47,850 bases of DNA, from the NCBI GenBank assembly GCA_026413685.1, contig JAOAKK010000001.1, positions 1 through 47,850 on the forward strand. The letters run 5' to 3'. A program made the position numbers and the translations under genes. The notes under the pieces were generated by a model. It saw only the letters and a program-made list of their open reading frames with translations. It was not told the origin of the DNA and searched no databases. The first letter of the stretch is position 1. Each line of letters opens with the position of its first letter. This DNA is from Candidatus Micrarchaeota archaeon. Lineage in GTDB: Archaea; Micrarchaeota; Micrarchaeia; CAILAH01. Of this stretch, positions 17,178 through 25,056 are shown piece after piece.

Positions 17178-17558
17178 ATGTGCCGCGGCCAGGTTGTATT
17201 TGATTTTCTTGTTGCACTAAGCGCATTGGGAATCCTTTTTGCGGCGCTTGTTGCAGTTGCGCATACGCAAGGGCAGCAGTCTGCATTGCACGCATCAAGA
17301 CTTGTGATGGAGCGCACCTGTGAGGACATATCGCAGAAGCTCATTTCAGCAAAATTGGAGGGTGAAGGCTCTGTAAGGGCTTTCTATTCCAAGTTTCCTG
17401 TCACGCTTAAGGGCGGCTCGCGCGAAATACAGATTGCCGATTCATACATCTGCATAACACCGGAGCAATATGACTCAAAAGAAAGCAACAGTACAGATGG
17501 CGAGTTCTGGATAGAAAATAGGGGAGGTAGGCTCACAATAGTGCGCCCAGCCCAATAA
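17178..17558 (+). CDS. Small pilin-like protein with class III signal peptide
   Basis: MCRGQVVFDFLVALSALGILFAALVAV. Starts 1 nt after the preceding stop. Confidence 0.55.
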   Translation: MCRGQVVFDFLVALSALGILFAALVAVAHTQGQQSALHASRLVMERTCEDISQKLISAKLEGEGSVRAFYSKFPVTLKGGSREIQIADSYICITPEQYDSKESNSTDGEFWIENRGGRLTIVRPAQ

Positions 17559-17569
17559 TGAAAAATGAA

Positions 17570-17953
17570 CTATTTTTCCAATGCTTTCACAGCCCTCTGG
17601 TAATCCTCAGGGTCGATTGCAACAACTGTCCTGTCATTTTCCTTTCCGATTATATAAACTGCCCTCAGGTTCAGCCCTTCTTTTGAGAGCTTCTTTGTTA
17701 TTTTGTAGAGCTCACCCGGCTTGTCAGGAAGCTTAAGGACGATTATGTCGTTTACCATTGCATTAAACCCAGCTTTGCTCAAGTCATGGAGTGCAGTATT
17801 CATGTCAGTAGTGAGCACCCTGATAACACCATTATTTTCAAACCCCTGCGCGGAAATTGAGATTATGTTAATCCCGCTCCTGCTCAACACCTCAGTCACA
17901 TCTGCAAGCGCGCCTACCCTGTTTTGCACAACCACAGTAATTTGCTTCATCAT
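17570..17953 (-). CDS. ACT-domain protein (two ACT repeats)
   Basis: ITVVVQNRVGALADVTEVLSRSGINI and LKLPDKPGELYKITKKLSKEGLNL. Start trimmed to MMKQ. Confidence 0.6.
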   Translation of the reverse strand: MMKQITVVVQNRVGALADVTEVLSRSGINIISISAQGFENNGVIRVLTTDMNTALHDLSKAGFNAMVNDIIVLKLPDKPGELYKITKKLSKEGLNLRAVYIIGKENDRTVVAIDPEDYQRAVKALEK

Positions 17954-18059
17954 GCACAACACCACTCTATTTAGCACCTCTACCATTTTTAAAAGTTTGT
18001 GAAGCAAAAACGCAAAAAAAGTATTTAAGCAACGTTCTCATTTCACCTTTATGGATAAG

Positions 18060-18143
18060 CGCTAGGGGGGAGATTTGAACTCCCGCGGCCTTGCGACCAC
18101 TGGATTAGCAATCCAGCGCCCTACCGGACTAGGCGACCCCAGC
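18060..18143 (-). tRNA. tRNA-Ser (GCU), no intron, no encoded CCA
   Basis: Folded by hand. Acceptor GCUGGGG/CCCUAGC, anticodon arm CUGGA-UUGCUAA-UCCAG, long variable arm UGGUCGCAAGGCCGC, T arm GGGAG-UUCAAAU-CUCCC, discriminator G. Confidence 0.9.
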
Positions 18144-18193
18144 ATGGAAGATGGATGGCCATACAGCAGCTATGATCCTGCCAAAATATCTAT

Positions 18194-18487
18194 GCAGATA
18201 GCTCTGTTTTCTTCCGCTGCACGTGGATTCACCGGGATGGACTGTGCACCAATGTTAAGGCACCCCGCACACCAACTCCCTCCTGTTGGCTTACGGCACG
18301 GCACACAGTGCTTAGGGCTGCTCCTTCCGGCCTAACCCGGTTCACACAATGAGCCGCCGCGTAAGGCAGGAGATCTACGCGGGACGTGCGGACCCGCTCA
18401 CCAGCACACAGCCTCTCCCGGCTTTTCGGCCCCGCCTAAAGGGGATCTGCGGTGACAAGGGACCCCTGGCCCCCCAGCCTATCCGGC
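18194..18487 (-). ncRNA. Signal recognition particle RNA (7S / SRP RNA)
   Basis: Minus-strand AGGCCGGAAGGAGCAGCCCUAAGC matches the conserved helix-8 motif with its GGAA tetraloop. Long helix-5 pairing (GGCUGUGUGCUGGUG with CAUUGGUGCACAGUC). The 5' GCCGGAUAGGCU pairs with the 3' AGCUAUCUGC. TATA about 20 nt upstream and a U-run just downstream. Ends are accurate to about +/-5 nt. Confidence 0.8.
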
Positions 18488-18502
18488 TTACTTTAAACAT
18501 TT

Positions 18503-18520
18503 GAATGTATTTAAACGTTC
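18503..18520. promoter_or_regulatory. Quasi-palindromic TATA/BRE-like promoter motif (SRP RNA promoter)
   Basis: GAATGTATTTAAACGTTC. The TATA core at 18508-18515 lies 20 nt from the inferred SRP RNA 5' end. The same motif recurs at 18820 and 40297. Confidence 0.5.
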
Positions 18521-18544
18521 CCAGCACGCAGCAAGAAGGAGCAG

Positions 18545-18710
18545 TGCAGGGAGCAGGATTTTCAGGATTTCCTGGCAGAGCCCTTTAGGTATACCAAAAG
18601 GGAGTTTGAACCTGCGAAGGCGCTAGGCCACCAGATCTCCCATCACACTTTTGTGATGAAAGCACGGTGCATCTTGAGTCTGGCGCGTTTGACCACTCCG
18701 CCATCCCTGC
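18545..18710 (-). tRNA. tRNA-Leu (CAA) with two introns (canonical 37/38 and T-loop)
   Basis: Hand fold. Acceptor GCAGGGA/UCCCUGC with discriminator A. Anticodon arm CCAGA-CUCAAG|intron 18637-18672 (36 nt)|A-UCUGG. T arm GCAGG-UUCAAA|intron about 18559-18604 (about 46 nt)|U-CCUGC. Mature length about 84 nt with a long variable arm. Confidence 0.8.
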
Positions 18711-18819
18711 ACTTTTTGGATTAAGCGCTTTAAAACTATTTAATGCTATTTGCATGTATTTTGCAGTGTCCCCACGAAGAGATTTTCCGGTATAGCATTT
18801 ATTGGATAGGTCAAATGTA

Positions 18820-18837
18820 GAATATATTTAAACATTC
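18820..18837 (+). promoter_or_regulatory. TATA/BRE-like promoter motif of the 1,218-aa gene
   Basis: GAATATATTTAAACATTC. The TATA core ends 22 nt before ATG 18855, a leaderless-type spacing. Confidence 0.5.
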
Positions 18838-18854
18838 ACACAGATTTATCCCTT

Positions 18855-21800
18855 ATGAATTATCGTGGGGCAGGTCTGCTCTTTTTGCTGTTGCTCTTTA
18901 TGCTAAGTATGGGCTGCCTTGAAAGCTCAGTCCCACTTGCACAGAAGAAAGCGGTGATTGAGAAGGCCCAGCAGTCGGATACAGATGGGGATGGCATACC
19001 TAACATATGGAAGTATACATTCATGCCACAGGGTGATGGCAGGCTCCAGATATCAAAAGAGATAATAATTGTGGGGATGCAGAAAAACCCGGAGTTTGAA
19101 ATTCAGCCAGCATACAAGAGAGATGAGCAGGCATCATCAACTTATTATGACCTGCTTACAAACCTCGCAACAATAACGCTGAACTGCAACTACGCGCTTG
19201 AAGATGTCATAACAGTATGTGGCACTGAGGCTGAATGCCAGAGCCTCTGCACCTCAAACGTGCGCTGCAACAACGGGTTGAACAAATATCCTGCCCTGAA
19301 CGGCACGCTCTACCAGACAGCAGTTGATTTTTCAAACGTAAAAAGAAAGGCCACGGCGTTGCGTGCTGCCATAGCATCAAAAAGCCAGCTGAGCCAGGCG
19401 GATGTTGATAACATACTGCTCCAGCGTGATGAGCTCACAAAGGCGATAAACCGCCTCCTGTCAGACAAGGCGTTTGACCTTGGCATATGCTCGCAGAATG
19501 AGCTCGTTGTTGCACGCGAGCAGCTTGTACAGCTACAGGGCATATATGTTGAGGATGAGAGTGCAACCAAGGCACAGTATTACACGGCATATTCGAAGTT
19601 TGAGATAACGTCACGCACATCATACCTTTATGATGAGAATGCAATTATAGATGCAGATGAGATAATCCCGGAATCATTTGCCGCCAGGAAGTCTGATATT
19701 ACTTTCTTGACAGTGCCCCCGATATATGTGTCTGACTCAATCCCGCTCACCGCACGGTACCGCGTGAGCTTCAAGAAGCCTTCAGATACCCGCACAGATT
19801 TTGGATATAAGGTTATTGCACCGCCCGCAAACTGGGATTTGGAGATGCAGAAAATAACCTACCCATCCGGCACAATACGTGTGCTTGCCCTTGAAAATAT
19901 AGGTGTGTATGTTGAGGGAAGGGCACTGTTCAATTCTGCGCTTGCAGTGCTTCGCACATACGTTGGCTTTGGGTTTGGCCTTGCATTTGTCTCTTTCATT
20001 GTGCTGCTCATAATATACCTGGTGTATACGCTTCTCCGCCTTGTTTATAATGTGTTTATAAGTGCGAGCAGGCACGAGCCCATAATGGAGGCAGTATACA
20101 GGGTTGCAGGGTATGGTGGCCGTGGAAGGAAAGAGTTCATAATAGCAGCAGCGCTTGCGATTATTGCAGGCTCTTACCTGCTCGCTTCTGCGGGCGAGCC
20201 GAAGACTGATGATGTGGTTGTTGCCCTGGCAACAAGCACGGGCTTGCTTTTAGGTGTCTCGGCTTTTGTGGTAGGCCTTGTGCTATTAGGGTTTGTAATT
20301 GAAGACCTGGTAAAGGCGCGGCTGCTTGGTGAGCGGTATGTCCGTGCCCCTGTTGAGCACGGCATCCGCAAGGTCGTGGTTGAGAAAGAGATGCGTGATG
20401 AGCTTCAGAAGATGCGCAAGGACATAATGTCGCTTAAGGAAAGTGCAGCAGTTGCAGGTGTTATTTTTGATGCACAGCGCATAGACAGGTTTTTTGCAGG
20501 GATTTCAGCAGCTGAAACCAATATGTCCCGTGGCAAGCTTGAGGAAGCAGAGCTTATGCTTGAAAAGGAGCTGCGCAAGGAGTATACGGCCCTGCACGAA
20601 ATGCTCTCAGTGAGCATGGACCAGGAGAAGGTCCTTGAGAAGATGCGTGCCGACGTTGAGGATGAGATTGACCAGCTTGAGCAGTTATACAGGAAGGTTG
20701 CAGGGTATAGCATACGGGTTGAGAAGAAGGACTGGCGTGTAGAGGCTAACAGGTACGCAATAATATATTCAGGGCAGGGATTTGTTGCTGCAAAGAAATA
20801 CCTCGATTCGCTGATGGATACAATACGCCAGGAGCGCAGCTCAATCCAGGCAAGGATGTCCGAGCTTGAGCGCCTTATGCTTACAAAATTCCCGTGCCCG
20901 GTATGCAGCCGCACAACAACCCTTGCTTCTGATAGGTGTGAGAGCTGCGGTGTGCCGCTTGAGGAGGGATTTGCCACGAAGGAAAATGAGCTCAGGCAGG
21001 AGCTTAACGGCCTCTCGGTTGAGCTCAAGGCAAAGAAGATTGCGCGTGGCGACCGGCTCGTGGCATCTGTTGAGACGCTGCTCTCACATATGCGTGAGAA
21101 TGTCAATGCAAAGCAGTATAACAAGGCATACGAGCTGGTAACTACGATTGATGAGAAGATGAAATACCTGCGTGAGATTCTTGGAAAGACGATTGCGCAG
21201 GAGGAAGAGCTGAAACAGCATATTGCAGCAATCGGGAAATACCTTGATTCAATCCCAGCCCTGCTTGCGCAGGCTAAGGAGAACAGCATTGACGTATCGG
21301 CTTATGAGAAGAGGTTTGCCGCTTTTAGCAGCAAGGAAGCGCTTGCACAGCTGCAGCAAATGCCTGTTGAGGAAGCTGTCACGAGGAGCAAAGAGCTTTT
21401 GGATGGCTATGCGCTCATTGAGTCAGAGCTTAAGAATACACTTGCAAAGTTTATGATGTCGGTAAGCGCGTTTGAGCGCGTAAACGAGCTTTTCACGGAA
21501 GTATCGACACTCATCACACGCGGCAAGGGGTATGGGATGAGTGTTGAGGAGTATTCAAAAAGGCTCGGTGCGCTCAATGTTGATTCACTGATAAGCTCTA
21601 TCGAAAGGAATGAGGTGAATGAGAAAGAGCTTGCAAACACAGTCAGCATATTATCTGATATGTCAGCCGAGCTTGGCAAGAAAGTTTCAGCAGCCAGGCA
21701 GTTTTCGGAGCAGCTTGATGCGATAGATGCAAAGCTGCACGAGGCGGGCACGCTTGTTGAGGTATGCAAGAAGAACAATCTTGTGCCTTTTGAGGAAATG

Positions 21801-22511
21801 GAGCGGCTTTATGCCACCAGCACCGAGCCGATAAGAAGCAGGCTTGAAAGGTTCGGTATTGATGAGATTGAGCACATAAAGAATGACATAATAAGCCTGA
21901 ATACAAGGGTTGATTCGATCCTCCTTACCCTGCGCAGGAAAAGTGAGGTGCTATCCGCATGGCCCGGGTGGAAGTCTGCGATTGAGGGCTTGCTCCGCAA
22001 GCAGGAGCGTGTTGATCCTGCAATGCTGAGCACAATACCTCCTGAATGGAGGCCTTGGGTGGTTGAGAGGTTTATAGCTGAGACTGACTTGCCGGTTGCG
22101 CTTGAAGGCAACACGATTGTCAAGCTGAAGCCGATAAAAGGAATTTCAAAATCTGACCTTGACAGCATACTCAAGGAGATGATAGATACACAGCGCATAA
22201 TCGGCGGCATGATTTTGCGCAAGGACGGCCTTGTCATCAGCTCAAACCTGCCAAAAGGAGGGGACCCTGAATCCGTTGCAGCGATGAGCGCAAAGGCTAT
22301 GCAGAAGGCAGAAACTGCCTCGAAAGCGCTCAATAAGGGAGATGTGAATTATGTTGCTTTCAACGCAGCGCTTGGCAAGCAGGTGATTGTGCGTGCAGGC
22401 GAGCAGTCACTTATTCTTGCAATCATAAGGCCGGATGAGGACCTAGGGTTTGTGCTATTGGCAATGAAGAAAGCTGCCGATAGGGTAAAGGAAGTTATTG
22501 ATAAGCTATGA
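18855..22511 (+). CDS. Large membrane protein: signal/lipobox-like N-terminus, ecto-domain, about 3 TM helices, helical-repeat coiled coil with zinc ribbon, C-terminal Roadblock/LC7-like domain
   Basis: N-terminus LLFLLLLFMLSMGC. DTDGDGIPN Ca-binding-like motif. TM helices at about aa 370-500. Heptad-rich region of about 600 aa. CPVC..x12..CESC ribbon (nt 20895-20948). The last ~115 aa (ILRKDGLVISS...AAMSAKA...LILAIIRPDEDLGFVLLAMKKAADRV) read as Roadblock/LC7. Confidence 0.8.
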   Translation: MNYRGAGLLFLLLLFMLSMGCLESSVPLAQKKAVIEKAQQSDTDGDGIPNIWKYTFMPQGDGRLQISKEIIIVGMQKNPEFEIQPAYKRDEQASSTYYDLLTNLATITLNCNYALEDVITVCGTEAECQSLCTSNVRCNNGLNKYPALNGTLYQTAVDFSNVKRKATALRAAIASKSQLSQADVDNILLQRDELTKAINRLLSDKAFDLGICSQNELVVAREQLVQLQGIYVEDESATKAQYYTAYSKFEITSRTSYLYDENAIIDADEIIPESFAARKSDITFLTVPPIYVSDSIPLTARYRVSFKKPSDTRTDFGYKVIAPPANWDLEMQKITYPSGTIRVLALENIGVYVEGRALFNSALAVLRTYVGFGFGLAFVSFIVLLIIYLVYTLLRLVYNVFISASRHEPIMEAVYRVAGYGGRGRKEFIIAAALAIIAGSYLLASAGEPKTDDVVVALATSTGLLLGVSAFVVGLVLLGFVIEDLVKARLLGERYVRAPVEHGIRKVVVEKEMRDELQKMRKDIMSLKESAAVAGVIFDAQRIDRFFAGISAAETNMSRGKLEEAELMLEKELRKEYTALHEMLSVSMDQEKVLEKMRADVEDEIDQLEQLYRKVAGYSIRVEKKDWRVEANRYAIIYSGQGFVAAKKYLDSLMDTIRQERSSIQARMSELERLMLTKFPCPVCSRTTTLASDRCESCGVPLEEGFATKENELRQELNGLSVELKAKKIARGDRLVASVETLLSHMRENVNAKQYNKAYELVTTIDEKMKYLREILGKTIAQEEELKQHIAAIGKYLDSIPALLAQAKENSIDVSAYEKRFAAFSSKEALAQLQQMPVEEAVTRSKELLDGYALIESELKNTLAKFMMSVSAFERVNELFTEVSTLITRGKGYGMSVEEYSKRLGALNVDSLISSIERNEVNEKELANTVSILSDMSAELGKKVSAARQFSEQLDAIDAKLHEAGTLVEVCKKNNLVPFEEMERLYATSTEPIRSRLERFGIDEIEHIKNDIISLNTRVDSILLTLRRKSEVLSAWPGWKSAIEGLLRKQERVDPAMLSTIPPEWRPWVVERFIAETDLPVALEGNTIVKLKPIKGISKSDLDSILKEMIDTQRIIGGMILRKDGLVISSNLPKGGDPESVAAMSAKAMQKAETASKALNKGDVNYVAFNAALGKQVIVRAGEQSLILAIIRPDEDLGFVLLAMKKAADRVKEVIDKL

Positions 22512-22554
22512 TGTGAGCATGCCCATGCGTATGGCATTTGCAACGGCTTTGCAC

Positions 22555-23277
22555 TTATCCAAGCAGCTTTTTAGTGTTTGATGAGGTTTTCTTTTCAACT
22601 TCTTCAAAGCCGATGCCTTTTGCATCAGCAATCATCTGTATTGATTTTTTCACATCCAGCGGCGTCTTCCCAACGTATGGCGCATCAGTCTCAGCTGCAA
22701 GGAAATCCAATTCTATGGCCTTTGCAACGCCCATCTTCCCGCCCCTCAAGGGAGGAAGTGATATGAGCCATCCCCTATCTGCAATTTCCATTGCCTCTTG
22801 CAGGCTGCCAGAAAAAAAGTGGAACATTACACCATACCCAAACTTCGTCTCATCGAGCATGCGGATGCATTCAGCAGTTGCCTGGCGTGAGTGTATAACA
22901 ACCGGCTTTTGCAGCTCTTTTGCAAGTGCAATAAGCGCACTGAACGCAGCCCGTTGCATCCTGCGCTTCTCCTCAGTATCACCCCAATGGTAATCAAGCC
23001 CAATCTCACCTATTGCATCAGCCTCCTGCACGTTTTCCTCACAGATGGATGTGATTTCATCAACTATTTGCAATGCGCTTGGCCCCATACACTTTTGCGG
23101 GCCTGCGCCAACAGTGGAGTACAGCTTCACATTGCCGGCGGCTTTTCCCTTTTTCATTTCGATGGCTTTTCTGCTTGAGTATGCATCATAACCGGAATTA
23201 ACAGCCGCTTCTAACGGTGACAGCACGCCAAAACCAGCATTTTCCATGTCCATCAGGTGGCAGTGTGCATCTATCAA
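22555..23277 (-). CDS. tatD: TatD-family metal-dependent hydrolase/DNase
   Basis: MIDAHCHL, IGEIGLDYHW, VVIHSR, FHFFSGS, ETDAPY motifs. Confidence 0.85.
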   Translation of the reverse strand: MIDAHCHLMDMENAGFGVLSPLEAAVNSGYDAYSSRKAIEMKKGKAAGNVKLYSTVGAGPQKCMGPSALQIVDEITSICEENVQEADAIGEIGLDYHWGDTEEKRRMQRAAFSALIALAKELQKPVVIHSRQATAECIRMLDETKFGYGVMFHFFSGSLQEAMEIADRGWLISLPPLRGGKMGVAKAIELDFLAAETDAPYVGKTPLDVKKSIQMIADAKGIGFEEVEKKTSSNTKKLLG

Positions 23278-23374
23278 GGTTTAGCCTCCAGCGGCAATCC
23301 AGTTGCCGTATTGCCCTGCTTTTTTTATATGCATTGAATACCATTTATATATTTTATTAAGCTCAAATCAGCTT

Positions 23375-23770
23375 ATGAGCACAACGTTTGTCAATACAAG
23401 GGATATAAAGCCAGGCAAGTTTGTAATGATTGATGGTTTTCCGTGCAGGGTAGTGGACATAAGCTCCTCCAAGCCCGGAAAGCACGGTGCTGCAAAGGTC
23501 CAGATAACCGGGATAGGCATTTTTGATGGACAGAAGAGGATGCTTTTCACGCATTCTGGTGATGACATAGAAGCACCCATAATTGAGAGGAAGCGCGGGC
23601 AGATAATATCTGTCAGTGGCGATAGCATGGTTGTAATGGACCTTACAACATTTGAAAATTTTGACATTGCAGTGCCCAGTGACATGGCAGAGGAAGCTGT
23701 TGCCGGAAAAGAAATCGAATACATAGAAACAATGGGCAAGAAGATGGTTGTGAGAGTTGGCAAAGAGTAG
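23375..23770 (+). CDS. Translation initiation factor 5A (aIF5A)
   Basis: Hypusination loop SSSKPGKHGAAKV. 131 aa after trimming the 24-codon hydrophobic extension in the ORF track. Confidence 0.9.
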   Translation: MSTTFVNTRDIKPGKFVMIDGFPCRVVDISSSKPGKHGAAKVQITGIGIFDGQKRMLFTHSGDDIEAPIIERKRGQIISVSGDSMVVMDLTTFENFDIAVPSDMAEEAVAGKEIEYIETMGKKMVVRVGKE

Positions 23771-23798
23771 CCGTTTAATGTTATTCTGAGGTGTTGTT

Positions 23799-24131
23799 AT
23801 GAAGCTTGAGATTACGAATAAGAGCACAAACCCATTTTTCAACAGGATGGAAGTGTCATTTGAGGTAAGGCACGAGGCTGAAACGCCATCACGCGCATCA
23901 GTCATAAAAGAAATTGCAAGCGCGCTTAAGGCCGATGAGAGCCTTGTGGTTGTTGAGTATATAAGGCAGCCGTTTGGCAAGAAGATGTGCTACGGGAAGG
24001 CGCGTGTCTACAAGTCCGAGCAGGATATGAAGATAGAGCCAAAGCACTTGCTTGCACGTGCAGCCAAATCGCTTGGCAAAGGGAAGGAAAGTGGCGCAGG
24101 CGAAGGCAGCGAGGCTGCTGCAAAGAAGTAA
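23799..24131 (+). CDS. rps24e: Ribosomal protein S24e
   Basis: NPFFNRMEVSFEVRHEAETPSRASVIKEIA...GKARVYKSEQ. Typical size and typical neighbour (S27ae). Confidence 0.88.
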   Translation: MKLEITNKSTNPFFNRMEVSFEVRHEAETPSRASVIKEIASALKADESLVVVEYIRQPFGKKMCYGKARVYKSEQDMKIEPKHLLARAAKSLGKGKESGAGEGSEAAAKK

Positions 24132-24163
24132 GCAGGGCAGGCAGTATTTTGTGAGAGGTGTGG

Positions 24164-24313
24164 ATGATGGCAGACAAAAAGAAAGACAAGAAGCCACGTG
24201 TATACAAGAAGGGCCGCGGTTGCCCGCGTTGTGGGTCCGGAACAAAGCTTGCAGAGCACAAGGACAGGTTTTCGTGTGGCAAATGCGGTTATTATGAGAA
24301 AAAGCAGGGTTAA
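24164..24313 (+). CDS. rps27ae: Ribosomal protein S27ae (zinc ribbon)
   Basis: Hand-translated 49 codons: [49 protein letters not shown]. Below the ORF-track size cutoff. The listed ORF 24052..24297 is in another frame. Confidence 0.85.
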   Translation: MMADKKKDKKPRVYKKGRGCPRCGSGTKLAEHKDRFSCGKCGYYEKKQG

Positions 24314-25040
24314 CAAATCCATCCTTGCACTGCTCGCCGCAGCGTGTATTGTGGTGGTTGCGGCGGCATTATCGTATTTTACAGGGGTTGGCGGGTATTA
24401 CATAGCAGCGGCGCTCACAGTACCAACAGCAATGCTGCTACGGAAAGATGCAGATGCCTTTTTGCTTGTGCTTTTCACAGCACTGCTTGCCATCTGCATG
24501 AGTACTATTGGATATTTTACACCAATGCTATTTTCACTAGTGATGCTTCTCACCCCATTATATTTTCATATGCGCAGTGGCTGCACATTTCCTGAGGCAT
24601 TATCGGCGCTGGGGCTCAAGGGCACGCCCGTGCGTGCATTCATTTTTGCTGTTTTATCAATGATACCAGCAATACTGCTCATATTCCTGCTTTCACAGGC
24701 AGCATACTATTTTGGGTTTAACGATTCAAAAAATGTTGACAGGAAAATAACAGAGCTCCCATTATATGTTCTGCTTTATGCGGTTACAATAGGGCCGATT
24801 GCAGAAGAGGTTTTTTTCCGCTCTTTCTTAACCAAGCATATGGGCCCGCTACTTGCAAACGTATTGTTTGCATTTGCGCATTTTTCATATGGCTCGGTAT
24901 ATGAAATAATCGGTGCGTTTGGCCTTGGCATATTCCTTTACGCATTATTCAGGGTTTCAGGGGACCTTAAAGCCCCCATATTTGCGCACATTTTTATAAA
25001 CGCAGGCTCGCTCTATATCATCAGGTTTATGCAGGTGTGA
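24294..25040 (+). CDS. CPBP-family (CAAX/Abi) intramembrane metalloprotease
   Basis: Motifs [30 protein letters not shown]. Multi-TM. Start trimmed to MRKSRVNK and overlaps the rps27ae end by 20 nt. Confidence 0.8.
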   Translation: MRKSRVNKSILALLAAACIVVVAAALSYFTGVGGYYIAAALTVPTAMLLRKDADAFLLVLFTALLAICMSTIGYFTPMLFSLVMLLTPLYFHMRSGCTFPEALSALGLKGTPVRAFIFAVLSMIPAILLIFLLSQAAYYFGFNDSKNVDRKITELPLYVLLYAVTIGPIAEEVFFRSFLTKHMGPLLANVLFAFAHFSYGSVYEIIGAFGLGIFLYALFRVSGDLKAPIFAHIFINAGSLYIIRFMQV

Positions 25041-25056
25041 TTTAGTTGTGGTTGCT

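Noticed and set aside
20405-21289. 294-aa minus-strand ORF (plus 21809..22333, 21407..21778 and 19310..19570) inside the 1,218-aa gene
   Set aside because: It is antisense to a long, well-supported coding frame. The composition is Ser/Ile/Phe-rich low complexity, typical of shadow ORFs opposite Glu/Lys/Leu-rich coiled-coil genes. There is no promoter or motif support.
24052-24297. 81-aa ORF listed between rps24e and the CPBP gene
   Set aside because: It is an Arg/Gln-rich translation in the wrong frame. The same DNA in another frame encodes a textbook S27ae zinc-ribbon protein.
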